Origin: a virus
Taxonomy: Duplodnaviria > Heunggongvirae > Uroviricota > Caudoviricetes
DNA: 54,013 nucleotides
Direction: 5' to 3' (one strand)
IMG/VR virus record: IMGVR_UViG_2778261162_000003
Part shown: piece after piece, positions 1 to 10,193 of the stretch
Layout: every line of letters begins with the position of its first letter
Numbering within the stretch: position 1 is the first letter of the stretch
Notes under the pieces: model-generated
The model's input: only the letters and a program-made list of their open reading frames with translations
Told to the model about the DNA's origin: nothing
Databases searched by the model: none
Program-made: the position numbers and the translations under genes

Positions 1-650
<650 letters not shown>

Positions 651-760
651 TGCTGCGAAGGGCGTTTTCTTGCTGAGGTGTCATTGAACAAGCCCCATGT
701 CGGCAAGCATAAGCACACAGAATATGAAGCCCGCTGCCAGAAAAATGCATTCAGTGGTTG

Positions 761-952
761 TCATACCTGGTCTCTCTCATCTGCTTCTGCTTTCGCCACC
801 ATCATTTCCAGCTTTTGTGAAAGGGATGTGGCTAACGTATGAAATTCTTCGTCTGTTTCTACTGGTATTGGCACAAACCTGACTCCAATTTGAGCAAGGC
901 TATGTGCCATCTCAATACTCGTTCTTAACTCAACAGGAGATGCTTTGTGCAT
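761..952 (-). CDS. Small lambda left-arm protein (orf63-like)
   Basis: 63-aa ORF immediately downstream of exo in the leftward operon; recalled resemblance to lambda orf63 (MHKASPVELRTSIEMAHSLAQIG...). Confidence 0.45.
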   Translation of the reverse strand: MHKASPVELRTSIEMAHSLAQIGVRFVPIPVETDEEFHTLATSLSQKLEMMVAKAEADERDQV

Positions 953-1103
953 ACCGCCTCCCGTTTATTATTTATCTTCTCAGCCAGCCGCTGTGCTTTC
1001 AGGGGATTTCTGATAACAGAAAGGCCGGGAAATACCCAGCCTCGCTTTGTAACGGAGTAGACGAAAGTGATCGCGCCTACCCGGATATTATCGTGAGGAT
1101 GCG

Positions 1104-1784
1104 TCATCGCCATTGCTCCCCAAATACAAAACCAATTTCAGCCAGTGCCTCGTCCATTTTTTCGATGAACTCCGGCACCATCTCGTCAAAACTCGCCATG
1201 TACTTTTCATTCCGCTCAATCACGACATAATGCAGGCCTTCACGCTTCATGCGCGGGTCATAGTTGGCAAAGTACCAGGCATCTTTTCGCGTCACCCACA
1301 TGCTGTACTGCACCTGGGCCATGTAAGCCGATTTTATTGCCTCGAAACCACTGAGCCGGAATTTCATGAAATCCCGGGAGGTAAACGGGCATTTCAGTTC
1401 AAGGCCGTTGCCGTCACTGCATAAACCATCGGGAGAGCAGGCGGTGCGCATACTTTCGTCGCGATAGATGATCGGGGATTCAGTAATATTCACGCCGGAA
1501 GTGAATTCAAACAGGGTTCTGGCGTCGTTCTCGTACTGTTTTCCCCAGGCCAGCGCCTTAGCATTAACTTCCGGAGCCACACCGGTGCAAACCTCAGCCA
1601 GCAGGGTGTGGAAGTAGGACATTTTCATGTCAGGCCACTTCTTTCCTGAGCGGGGCTTTGCTATCACGTTGTGAACTTCTGAAGCGGTGATGACGCCGAG
1701 CCGTAATTTGTGCCATGCATCATCCCCCTGTTCGACAGCTCTCACGTCGATCCCGGTACGCTGCAGGATAATGTCCGGTATCAT
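1104..1784 (-). CDS. exo: Lambda-type exonuclease (Red alpha)
   Basis: 226 aa, near-identical over its length to recalled lambda Exo ([39 protein letters not shown]...). Confidence 0.95.
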   Translation of the reverse strand: MIPDIILQRTGIDVRAVEQGDDAWHKLRLGVITASEVHNVIAKPRSGKKWPDMKMSYFHTLLAEVCTGVAPEVNAKALAWGKQYENDARTLFEFTSGVNITESPIIYRDESMRTACSPDGLCSDGNGLELKCPFTSRDFMKFRLSGFEAIKSAYMAQVQYSMWVTRKDAWYFANYDPRMKREGLHYVVIERNEKYMASFDEMVPEFIEKMDEALAEIGFVFGEQWR

Positions 1785-2566
1785 GCTGCCACCTTCTGCT
1801 CAGTGGCTTTCTGTTTCAGGAATCCAAGAGCTTTCACTGCTTCGGCCTGTGTCAGTTCTGACGATGCGCGAATGTCGCGGCGAAATATCTGGGAACAGAG
1901 CGGCAATAAGTCGTCATCCCATGTTTTATCCAGGGCGATCAGCAGAGTGTTAATCTCCTGCATGGTTTCATCGTTAACCGGAGTGATGTCGCGTTCTGGC
2001 TGACGTTCTGCAGTGTATGCAGTATTTTCGACAATGCGCTCGGCTTCATCCTTGTCATAGATACCAGCAAATCCGAAGGCCAGACGGGCACACTGAATCA
2101 TGGCTTTATGCCGTAACATCCGTTTGGGATGCGACTGCCACGGCCCCGTGATTTCTCTGCCTTCGCGGGTTTTGAATGGTTCGCGGCGGCATTCATCCAT
2201 CCATTCGGTAACGCAGATCGGATGATTACGGTCCTTGCGGTAAATCCGGCATGTACAGGATTCATTGTCCTGCTCAAAGTCCATGCCATCAAACTGCTGG
2301 TTTTCATTGATGATGCGGGACCAGCCATCAACGCCCACCACCGGAACAATGCCGTTCTGCTTATCAGGGAAGGCGTAAATTTCTTTCGTCCACGGATTAA
2401 GGCCGTACTGGTTGGCGACGATCAGCAATGCGATGAACTGCGCATCGCTGGCATCACCTTTAAATGCCGTCTGGCGAAGAGTGGTGATCAGTTCCTGTGG
2501 GTCGACAGAATCCATGCCGACACGTTCAGCCAGCTTCCCTGCCAGCGTTGCGAGTGCTGTACTCAT
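1781..2566 (-). CDS. bet: Lambda-type single-strand annealing protein Bet (Red beta)
   Basis: 261 aa, near-identical to recalled lambda Bet; overlaps exo start by 4 nt as in lambda. Confidence 0.95.
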   Translation of the reverse strand: MSTALATLAGKLAERVGMDSVDPQELITTLRQTAFKGDASDAQFIALLIVANQYGLNPWTKEIYAFPDKQNGIVPVVGVDGWSRIINENQQFDGMDFEQDNESCTCRIYRKDRNHPICVTEWMDECRREPFKTREGREITGPWQSHPKRMLRHKAMIQCARLAFGFAGIYDKDEAERIVENTAYTAERQPERDITPVNDETMQEINTLLIALDKTWDDDLLPLCSQIFRRDIRASSELTQAEAVKALGFLKQKATEQKVAA

Positions 2567-2571
2567 CCGTT

Positions 2572-2868
2572 TTATACCTCTGAATCAATATCAACCTGGT
2601 GGTGAGCAATGGTTTCAACCATGTACCGGATGTGTTCTGCCATGCGCTCCTGAAACTCAACATCGTCATCAAACGCACGGGTAATGGCTTTTTTGCTGGC
2701 CCCGTGGCGTTGCAAATGATCGATGCATAGCGATTCAAACAGGTGCTGGGGCAGGCCTTTTTCAATGTCGTCTGCCAGTTCTGCCTCTTTCTCTTCACGG
2801 GCGATCTGCTGGTAGTAACGCGCCCAGCTCTGAGCCTCAAGACGATCCTGAATGTAATAAGCGTTCAT
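2572..2868 (-). CDS. gam: Gam, host RecBCD inhibitor (98-aa short form)
   Basis: [27 protein letters not shown]... matches lambda Gam C-terminal 98 aa; an in-frame stop 19 codons upstream excludes the long form. Confidence 0.9.
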   Translation of the reverse strand: MNAYYIQDRLEAQSWARYYQQIAREEKEAELADDIEKGLPQHLFESLCIDHLQRHGASKKAITRAFDDDVEFQERMAEHIRYMVETIAHHQVDIDSEV

Positions 2869-2943
2869 GGCTGAACTCCTGAAAATGGCTGTGAAAATAT
2901 CGCCCGCGAAATGCCAGGCTGATTAGGAAAACAGGAAAGGGGA

Positions 2944-3234
2944 TTAGCGATTCAGGCCGTTACCGCGTCCGTCGAGAAAAACTTCCACGAGCAAATCACG
3001 GGTATAAGTGCGCTCGATGCCGCGATGCAGATAAAGCCGTCCGCGTAAATTAGCTGATGCAGTCCAGGTACCATCTTTGTGTTTGACCAGCATTCCTGGC
3101 ATGACCGCGCCGCGATTAACGGTCTGCGTTCCGTAATGTTGATGAACCATAAAAACTCCTGCCCGTAAGCTGGGCTGCTGAACATATAGAGACTTCTGCG
3201 CGTATTCAGGCGGTGGATGGCCGCCGGTTGTCAT
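2944..3234 (-). CDS. Hypothetical protein in the kil/cIII position of the pL operon
   Basis: 96-aa ORF between the pL region and gam; no recognised similarity; competing overlapping ORF in another frame. Confidence 0.3.
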   Translation of the reverse strand: MTTGGHPPPEYAQKSLYVQQPSLRAGVFMVHQHYGTQTVNRGAVMPGMLVKHKDGTWTASANLRGRLYLHRGIERTYTRDLLVEVFLDGRGNGLNR

Positions 3235-3424
3235 AACTAAGCCGCCTCGTTGAAGCGACTAAGGTATGAAATGTTGAGTTGATTTCAGCTGGTCACACCG
3301 ACGTTCACGCGTCCGTTTCACCCCTCGCACTCCCCGAAGCCTGCTGAAATTCAAACTGCGGATCTAAGCGGTCATCGCAACGGTGAATCAGGTGGTTGCC
3401 GTATCGTTGTGTTGTTGCGATGAA

Positions 3425-3505
3425 CTTATTTAAAACTATAGTTGTTTTACCGTCAACAACAAAAGTTGTTTTATTGGTTGTTTTAGATATAACTGGTTGT
3501 ATTTA
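3425..3505 (-). promoter_or_regulatory. Putative pL promoter with OL operator repeats
   Basis: Minus-strand -35 TTGACG (3451-3456) and -10 TTAAAT (3428-3433) with 17-bp spacer; AACAAC/GTTGTT half-sites including palindrome AACAACAAAAGTTGTT (3455-3470); same architecture as the pR region. Confidence 0.45.
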
Positions 3506-3745
3506 GGATGGATTTATTTTGTGACTTGAATCGCATAGCGATAACTGAAGCGAGGTTATGGTGGTTTTTTTAACGGTGTGTGTGATGAGGGGAGGGCAAA
3601 AGAAAACCCGGCACGGTGACCGGGATTCTTACGCCGTTAGGTAAAGATATTATTGCGGTGGCTTAATATTACTACCTAGAGCAAAGATAGGAATTAGTTC
3701 TTTACTGAATGAGCACAATGCCCAGTTGATAATTTTTAATTGGTA

Positions 3746-4435
3746 CTACCCATGCTTCCTATATGTCTGCGGCATGCTCCCAATAACCTTACCGAAGATG
3801 AACACCCGGTTCATCTCGTCTTTCTCGATCGGGTCCCACGGTGAGTAGCTTTTGTTATCAGAGATGACCAGCAGCTTATCCTTCATCATTTGCAGGCGCT
3901 TTACATGGGCTGTGTCGTCGTACAGAAACGCATAGATACCATCACCGTCGAAAGATTTAACTGTGATATCAACGAACAGCAGATCACCTGGTTCGATCGT
4001 TCCTGACATGCTGTCACCACGCACGTTAATGATGCGGATATTTTCCGCCTTCCTACCATCGAACATATGACGAGCATCGTCAAACGAGTACTCAACCGAG
4101 CGTAGAACTTCTACAAACTCACGGTTGATGACTCCCGGCCCAGCACTGACTTCTATATCAAGAACGTCAATCTTGAAGTATTTGGAATGGCTGACAGTTG
4201 ATTGTATTGGTTGCACTGTACTGTCTGACATATTTCCAACGCCAGAAGATAACCATTCTGCGCGCACACCCAAAGCGTTCGCGATCTCCACGATTTTAGT
4301 TGTTTGATTAGCTTTCCCTGTTTCGATTTTCTGAATAGCAGCTTGGCTAACCCCGACCAAATCCCCAAGCGCCTTTTGTGTAAGGCCTCGCGCTAATCTG
4401 GCTTCTTTAAGTCTTTCTGAGAGTGTTGTTTTCAT
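3746..4435 (-). CDS. cI: Prophage repressor CI (N-terminal HTH plus C-terminal LexA/S24-type self-cleavage domain)
   Basis: HTH LTQKALGDLVGVSQAAIQKIETGK; C-terminal domain with catalytic Ser (RGDSMSGT) and Lys (HVKRL); start taken at MKTTLSERL since the upstream ATG lies inside the operator region; no Shine-Dalgarno, consistent with a leaderless pRM transcript. Confidence 0.85.
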   Translation of the reverse strand: MKTTLSERLKEARLARGLTQKALGDLVGVSQAAIQKIETGKANQTTKIVEIANALGVRAEWLSSGVGNMSDSTVQPIQSTVSHSKYFKIDVLDIEVSAGPGVINREFVEVLRSVEYSFDDARHMFDGRKAENIRIINVRGDSMSGTIEPGDLLFVDITVKSFDGDGIYAFLYDDTAHVKRLQMMKDKLLVISDNKSYSPWDPIEKDEMNRVFIFGKVIGSMPQTYRKHG

Positions 4436-4539
4436 AGTCCAAATGTACAACCAAGGTTTTATTTCATCAAACGAAAATGGTTGTTGACTAAAAACAACCA
4501 TAGTTTTAATCTTGATTCAAATTAACCACGGAGGTTGTT
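4436..4539. promoter_or_regulatory. Divergent pRM/pR control region with OR operators
   Basis: Plus-strand pR: -35 TTGACT (4484-4489), 17-bp spacer, -10 TAATCT (4507-4512), RBS GGAGG before cro ATG; palindrome ATGGTTGTT-N7-AACAACCAT (4477-4501) overlapping the -35. Confidence 0.55.
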
Positions 4540-4770
4540 ATGAACCCAGCTATCAAAACAGCGATCAATATCGTTGGTTCACAAAAGAAACTGGGCGCTG
4601 CTTGCGAAGTTTCACAGCAGGCCGTCTATAAGTGGCTTCACAACAAAGCAAAGGTATCCCCTGAACATGTCGGCAGCATTGTTACGGCTACTGGTGGAGT
4701 AGTGAAGGCATACCAGATTCGCCCGGATCTTCCGAAGTTGTTTCCACACACCGAAAAGAACGCAGCTTAA
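4540..4770 (+). CDS. cro: Cro-like HTH regulator
   Basis: 76 aa, divergent from cI across an operator region; HTH QKKLGAACEVSQQAVYKW. Confidence 0.7.
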   Translation: MNPAIKTAINIVGSQKKLGAACEVSQQAVYKWLHNKAKVSPEHVGSIVTATGGVVKAYQIRPDLPKLFPHTEKNAA

Positions 4771-4839
4771 ATTTCCATTTCACGCTCTTTAACAATAAGC
4801 AATCAACTTAACAGTCAATTCAAACTAAAGGAGTCAATT

Positions 4840-5379
4840 ATGCAACCACTTACATACCAACAGACTAGCGGATTTAGCCCGACTGCGGTGATAAATCGTT
4901 CTCAAACAAAACAGGTGCCAGGCCACGAAAAAATCCGTGATGCCGTCCGCGCCTGGTCGGCTGAAGATAATCAGGATGTCGTTGCCGCACTCATTGTGAA
5001 TGAGTATCGAGCACAGGGCGGCGGCACTATCGATTTTTCTGATGATGTCAGTCGTGCACGCCAGAAGCTGTTCCGCTTTCTCGATAACAAATTCGATTCT
5101 GAAAAATACCGAAATAACGTGCGTGAACTGACTCCAGCAATTCTGGCAGTACTACCGCTGAAATATCGCGGCCACCTGGTTGAGCAGGATAGCTTCATGG
5201 CTCGGCTGGCTGAAATGGAAAAGGAACTCAGTGAGGCAAAACAGGCTGTCATTCTCAACGCACCACGCCACCAGAAACTGAAGGAAATTAGTGAAGGTAT
5301 TGTGTCGATGTTTCGTGTGGACCCAGATCTGGCTGGTCCATTGATGGCGATGGTTACTACCATGCTGGGGGCGATATGA
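4840..5379 (+). CDS. CII-like regulatory protein (possibly phage 186 CII/CP76 family)
   Basis: 179-aa ORF in the cII position between cro and O; family assignment from recollection only. Confidence 0.4.
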   Translation: MQPLTYQQTSGFSPTAVINRSQTKQVPGHEKIRDAVRAWSAEDNQDVVAALIVNEYRAQGGGTIDFSDDVSRARQKLFRFLDNKFDSEKYRNNVRELTPAILAVLPLKYRGHLVEQDSFMARLAEMEKELSEAKQAVILNAPRHQKLKEISEGIVSMFRVDPDLAGPLMAMVTTMLGAI

Positions 5380-5465
5380 CAGGTTCAGAAATGGCGAAAG
5401 CCGGTCTGCTGGAACAGAACCGACTTTCAGGTGCAAATCGTAACACACTCATTGCGGGAGGAATT

Positions 5466-6395
5466 ATGGCAAACACTGCTGAGATATTCAATTTTCCAGT
5501 GCCGGATGCGGCACAAAAGGAGCCGCGCGTGGCAGATCTCGATGATGGTTATACGCGCATTGCAAATGAGTTGCTGGAAGCTGTGATGCTGGCCGGATTA
5601 ACACAGCACCAGCTTCTGGTCTTCCTAGCTGTCATGCGCAAAACATATGGCTTTAATAAAAAACTGGATTGGGTGAGCAACGAGCAACTGTCCGAATTGA
5701 CCGGGATATTGCCGCACAAGTGTTCTGCTGCAAAAAGTGTTCTGGTAAAGCGTGGGATTTTGATTCAGAGCGGGCGGAATATCGGTATTAATAATGTGGT
5801 CAGTGAATGGTCAACATTACCCGAATCAGGTAAGAAAAATAAAGTTTACCTGAAAGAGGTAAATTTACCTGAATCAGGTAAGAAAAGTTTACCCAAATCA
5901 GGTAAAGGCGTTTACCCGAATCAGGTAAACACAAAAGACAAACTAACAAAAGACAATATAAAACCTTTTTCGTCCGAGAATTCTGGCGAATCCTCTGACC
6001 AACCAGAAAACGATCTTCCTGTGGTGAAACCAGATGCTGCAATTCAGAGCGGCAGCAAGTGGGGGACAGCAGAAGACCTGACCGCCGCAGAGTGGATGTT
6101 TGACATGGTGAAGACCATCGCGCCATCAGCCAGAAAACCGAATTTTGCAGGGTGGGCTAACGATATCCGCCTGATGCGTGAACGTGACGGACGTAACCAC
6201 CGCGACATGTGTGTGCTGTTCCGCTGGGCATGCCAGGACAACTTCTGGTCCGGTAACGTGCTAAGTCCGGCCAAACTCCGCGACAAGTGGACCCAACTCG
6301 AAATCAACCGTAACAAGCAACAGGCAGGCGTGACAGCTAGCAAACCAAAACTCGACCTGACAAACACAGACTGGATTTACGGGGTGGATCTATGA
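5466..6395 (+). CDS. O: Replication initiator O
   Basis: C-terminal about 130 aa near-identical to lambda O (SENSGESSDQPENDL...TNTDWIYGVDL); divergent N-terminal iteron-binding domain; start at MANTAEIF preceded by GGAGG; ori iterons inside the gene. Confidence 0.85.
   Translation: MANTAEIFNFPVPDAAQKEPRVADLDDGYTRIANELLEAVMLAGLTQHQLLVFLAVMRKTYGFNKKLDWVSNEQLSELTGILPHKCSAAKSVLVKRGILIQSGRNIGINNVVSEWSTLPESGKKNKVYLKEVNLPESGKKSLPKSGKGVYPNQVNTKDKLTKDNIKPFSSENSGESSDQPENDLPVVKPDAAIQSGSKWGTAEDLTAAEWMFDMVKTIAPSARKPNFAGWANDIRLMRERDGRNHRDMCVLFRWACQDNFWSGNVLSPAKLRDKWTQLEINRNKQQAGVTASKPKLDLTNTDWIYGVDL
5817..5965 (+). repeat. Replication origin: four roughly 18-bp iterons plus an AT-rich segment inside O
   Basis: Direct repeats TTTACC(C/T)(G/A)AATCAGGTAA at 5817-5833, 5864-5882, 5888-5906, 5911-5929, followed by AT-rich sequence; lambda ori-like organisation. 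Confidence 0.8.
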
Positions 6396-7093
6396 AAAAC
6401 ATCGCCGCACAGATGATTAACTTTGACCGTGAGCAGATGCGTCGGATCGCCAACAACATGCCGGAACAGTACGACGAAAAGCCTCAGGTACAGCAGGTAG
6501 CGCAGATCATCAATGGTGTGTTCAGCCAGTTACTGGCAACTTTCCCGGCGAGCCTGGCTAACCGTGACCAGAATGAACTGAACGAAATCCGCCGCCAGTG
6601 GGTTCTGGCTTTCCGGGAAAACGGGATCACCACAATGGAACAGGTTAACGCTGGAATGCGCGTAGCCCGTCGGCAGAATCGACCATTTCTGCCATCACCC
6701 GGGCAGTTTGTTGCATGGTGCCGGGAAGAAGCATCCGTTATCGCCGGACTGCCAAACGTCAGCGAGCTGGTTGATATGGTTTACGAGTATTGCCGGAAGC
6801 GAGGCCTGTATCCGGATGCGGAGTCTTATCCGTGGAAATCAAACGCGCACTACTGGCTGGTTACCAACCTGTATCAGAACATGCGGGCCAATGCGCTTAC
6901 TGATGCGGAATTACGCCGTAAGGCCGCAGATGAGCTTGTCCATATGACTGCGAGAATTAACCGTGGTGAGGCGATCCCTGAACCAGTAAAACAACTTCCT
7001 GTTATGGGCGGTAGACCTCTAAATCGTGCACAGGCTCTGGCGAAGATCGCAGAAATTAAAGCTAAGTTCGGACTGAAAGGAGCAAGTGTATGA
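6392..7093 (+). CDS. P: Replication protein P (DnaB helicase loader)
   Basis: 233 aa, near-identical to recalled lambda P. Confidence 0.95.
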   Translation: MKNIAAQMINFDREQMRRIANNMPEQYDEKPQVQQVAQIINGVFSQLLATFPASLANRDQNELNEIRRQWVLAFRENGITTMEQVNAGMRVARRQNRPFLPSPGQFVAWCREEASVIAGLPNVSELVDMVYEYCRKRGLYPDAESYPWKSNAHYWLVTNLYQNMRANALTDAELRRKAADELVHMTARINRGEAIPEPVKQLPVMGGRPLNRAQALAKIAEIKAKFGLKGASV

Positions 7094-7392
7094 CGGGCAA
7101 AGAGGCAATTATTCATTACCTGGGGACGCATAAGAGCTTCTGTGCACAGGACGTTGCCGCGGTAACAGGCGCAACCGTAACCAGCATAAATCAGGCTGCG
7201 GCTAAAATGGCGCGGGCAGGAATCCTGGTCGTTGATGGTAAGGTCTGGCGAACGGTGTATTACCGGTTCGCTACCAGAGAAGAACGGGAAGGAAAGGTGA
7301 GCACGAATCTGATTTTTAAGGAGTGTCGCCAGAGTGCCGCGATGAAACGCGTATTGAGGGTATATAAAAGAACATCAATGGGTACACAATGA
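7090..7392 (+). CDS. ren: Ren (Rex exclusion relief protein)
   Basis: MTGKEAIIHYLGTH... matches lambda Ren / K-12 RenD. Confidence 0.85.
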   Translation: MTGKEAIIHYLGTHKSFCAQDVAAVTGATVTSINQAAAKMARAGILVVDGKVWRTVYYRFATREEREGKVSTNLIFKECRQSAAMKRVLRVYKRTSMGTQ

Positions 7393-7459
7393 TGAAACAG
7401 GTGAGTTGATTTCAAACTGTAGTACAATTCTCTCCAGTTTGAACAGGAAAGAATATGCT

Positions 7460-7792
7460 ATGAACCCTTATATTTATCTTGGTGGTGCAATACTTGCAGA
7501 GGTCATTGGTACAACCTTAATGAAGTTTTCAGAAGGTTTTACACGGTTATGGCCATCTGTTGGTACAATTATTTGTTATTGTGCATCATTCTGGTTATTA
7601 GCTCAGACGCTGGCTTATATTCCTACAGGGATTGCTTATGCTATCTGGTCAGGAGTCGGTATTGTCCTGATTAGCTTACTGTCATGGGGATTTTTCGGCC
7701 AACGGCTGGACCTGCCAGCCATTATAGGCATGATGTTGATTTGTGCCGGTGTGTTGGTTATTAATTTATTGTCACGAAGCACACCACATTAA
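7460..7792 (+). CDS. emrE: Small multidrug resistance efflux transporter EmrE
   Basis: 110 aa from MNPYIYLGGAILAEVIGTTLMKFSEGF..., matches E. coli EmrE; conserved Glu14. Confidence 0.95.
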   Translation: MNPYIYLGGAILAEVIGTTLMKFSEGFTRLWPSVGTIICYCASFWLLAQTLAYIPTGIAYAIWSGVGIVLISLLSWGFFGQRLDLPAIIGMMLICAGVLVINLLSRSTPH

Positions 7793-8048
7793 AAATAATT
7801 TGTTTCTAAACGACTAAAATATGGAGGCTCTTATATTTATATGAGCCTCGTTTTATGCTTTTTGTTAATGTCTTTATTTTTTTATGTATTCTTTTGTGCT
7901 TTCAAGATTATGGCGTAAGAAAATTGCAATACGATTATTGTTGTATATTCAAGATAATGTGACCTTAATTGTCTTTTTAAATAAAAATTAAACAAAAATT
8001 ATATCTCACCACTAAGGTTTATAGAAGCATACGTTAGCAGGTGTCACC

Positions 8049-9575
8049 ATGAAAAAAGCCATAGCATATATGCGATTTTCATCACCAGGTCAGATGTCTG
8101 GCGACTCATTAAACCGACAGAGAAGACTTATTGCTGAATGGTTAAAGGTAAATAGTGATTATTATCTTGATACCATAACATATGAAGATTTAGGATTAAG
8201 TGCATTCAAAGGAAAGCATGCACAATCAGGAGCTTTTTCGGAATTTTTAGATGCTATAGAGCATGGTTATATATTGCCAGGAACTACATTGTTAGTTGAA
8301 AGTCTGGACAGACTTTCAAGAGAAAAAGTCGGTGAAGCGATTGAGCGTCTGAAATTGATTTTGAATCACGGTATTGATGTTATAACTCTTTGCGATAATA
8401 CAGTCTATAATATTGACTCTTTGAATGATCCATATTCATTAATAAAAGCCATACTTATAGCACAAAGGGCAAATGAAGAAAGCGAGATAAAGTCAAGTCG
8501 GGTTAAATTATCATGGAAGAAAAAACGGCAGGATGCACTGGAGTCAGGCACGATTATGACGGCGTCTTGTCCGAGATGGCTCTCCTTAGATGACAAAAGA
8601 ACGGCTTTTGTTCCAGACCCCGACAGGGTGAAAACTATTGAGCTAATTTTTAAACTCAGGATGGAAAGGCGCTCATTGAATGCAATAGCCAAGTATTTAA
8701 ATGATCATGCTGTAAAGAATTTCTCAGGAAAAGAAAGTGCATGGGGACCTTCTGTAATTGAAAAATTATTAGCGAATAAAGCTCTGATAGGTATATGCGT
8801 ACCTTCATATCGTGCAAGAGGTAAAGGAATAAGTGAAATCGCTGGCTATTATCCCAGAGTCATATCAGATGATTTGTTTTACGCTGTGCAGGAAATTCGG
8901 TTGGCACCTTTTGGTATTAGCAATAGTAGCAAAAACCCTATGTTGATAAATCTACTTCGAACAGTTATGAAGTGCGAGGCTTGTGGTAATACCATGATTG
9001 TTCATGCGGTATCTGGAAGTTTGCATGGCTATTATGTTTGTCCGATGAGAAGACTGCATCGATGTGACAGGCCATCAATAAAGAGAGATTTGGTTGATTA
9101 TAATATCATTAATGAGTTGCTTTTTAATTGTAGTAAAATCCAACCAGTTGAAAACAAGAAAGATGCTAATGAAACTTTAGAGTTGAAAATTATTGAGCTC
9201 CAGATGAAAATTAATAATTTAATTGCTGCATTATCTGTTGCGCCTGAAGTTACCGCTATAGCAGAAAAAATCAGAGTATTAGATAAGGAATTACGAAGGG
9301 CTTCTGTATCATTAAAAACTTTGAAGAGTAAAGCGGTGAGCTCACTTGGTGATTTTCATGCTATTGACTTAACCAGTAAAAATGGGCGAGAGCTATGTCG
9401 TACACTTGCCTATAAAACATTCGAAAAAATCATAATCAATACAGATAATAAAACCTGTGATATCTATTTTATGAATGGCATTGTTTTTAAACACTATCCT
9501 TTAATGAAAACAATATCCGCCCAGCAGGCGATAAGTACTCTCAAATATATGGTTGATGGTGAGGTTTATTTTTGA
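8049..9575 (+). CDS. ybcK: Large serine recombinase (YbcK-like)
   Basis: 508 aa; N-terminal resolvase-like catalytic domain (AYMRFSSPGQ, active-site Ser); Cys-rich recombinase zinc-ribbon; AT-rich codon usage. Confidence 0.85.
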   Translation: MKKAIAYMRFSSPGQMSGDSLNRQRRLIAEWLKVNSDYYLDTITYEDLGLSAFKGKHAQSGAFSEFLDAIEHGYILPGTTLLVESLDRLSREKVGEAIERLKLILNHGIDVITLCDNTVYNIDSLNDPYSLIKAILIAQRANEESEIKSSRVKLSWKKKRQDALESGTIMTASCPRWLSLDDKRTAFVPDPDRVKTIELIFKLRMERRSLNAIAKYLNDHAVKNFSGKESAWGPSVIEKLLANKALIGICVPSYRARGKGISEIAGYYPRVISDDLFYAVQEIRLAPFGISNSSKNPMLINLLRTVMKCEACGNTMIVHAVSGSLHGYYVCPMRRLHRCDRPSIKRDLVDYNIINELLFNCSKIQPVENKKDANETLELKIIELQMKINNLIAALSVAPEVTAIAEKIRVLDKELRRASVSLKTLKSKAVSSLGDFHAIDLTSKNGRELCRTLAYKTFEKIIINTDNKTCDIYFMNGIVFKHYPLMKTISAQQAISTLKYMVDGEVYF

Positions 9576-9686
9576 GTAATAATCACTTTTTCAACCGTGC
9601 TATAGTAAGAAAGTTAGGTAAGTACAATAAAATTATCTATCCTGAACGAAGCGTCCTGAGCTATGGTTTTACTATAGGGACTGCCA

Positions 9687-10004
9687 ATGGATGCTGGCGT
9701 TCTCGTTCTAGCAGTTCAACAATCCCCAATCACAAAACAATTCACTGATAACGAACTTTGCACACTCGCCTGGTTATGGCGAGCAGGGAATGTGATGTTA
9801 ATTGCCTACCAGAACGTTACTCATCTTCTTCAGGATGCGGAGCATGGTGAAGCTGGTCACTTCACTTCCATCGAGCAAGAATATCCCCAGATACTCAACA
9901 GAGCGCGAGCAATCCTCGTCCGAGAAACGGCACATGTAAAACTTCAGCCGTGGCAGGATGATAAGTGGAGTCGAGTATTGCCGTATTTGCGTCAAATCTG
10001 TTAG
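9687..10004 (+). CDS. Hypothetical protein
   Basis: 105-aa ORF in the AT-rich islet downstream of ybcK; codon usage less AT-rich than its neighbours, possibly a gene remnant. Confidence 0.3.
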   Translation: MDAGVLVLAVQQSPITKQFTDNELCTLAWLWRAGNVMLIAYQNVTHLLQDAEHGEAGHFTSIEQEYPQILNRARAILVRETAHVKLQPWQDDKWSRVLPYLRQIC

Positions 10005-10193
10005 GAGTATAGCCGCCAGCCATGAGTGTTGTATTAAAACAAGGATGTCTATATATGGGATAGCGAGAGTATGAATATCAGTTATTTTGAGAGTTAACTG
10101 ATTGTGAAATTAGTTTTTTTCACAAACGAGTGGGGTTACTATGATGAGTGTTCTAATGCATAGGGAACACCTAATTTTTTCAATGAATTCAAA

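Noticed and set aside
2572-2943. Possible long (138-aa) form of Gam
   Set aside because: An in-frame stop lies 19 codons upstream of the Gam ATG and no upstream ATG exists in frame; only the 98-aa form is encoded
3746-4501. Longer 251-aa form of cI starting at the ATG at 4501
   Set aside because: That ATG lies within the operator/promoter palindrome at 4477-4501; the internal start at 4435 gives a typical repressor N-terminus
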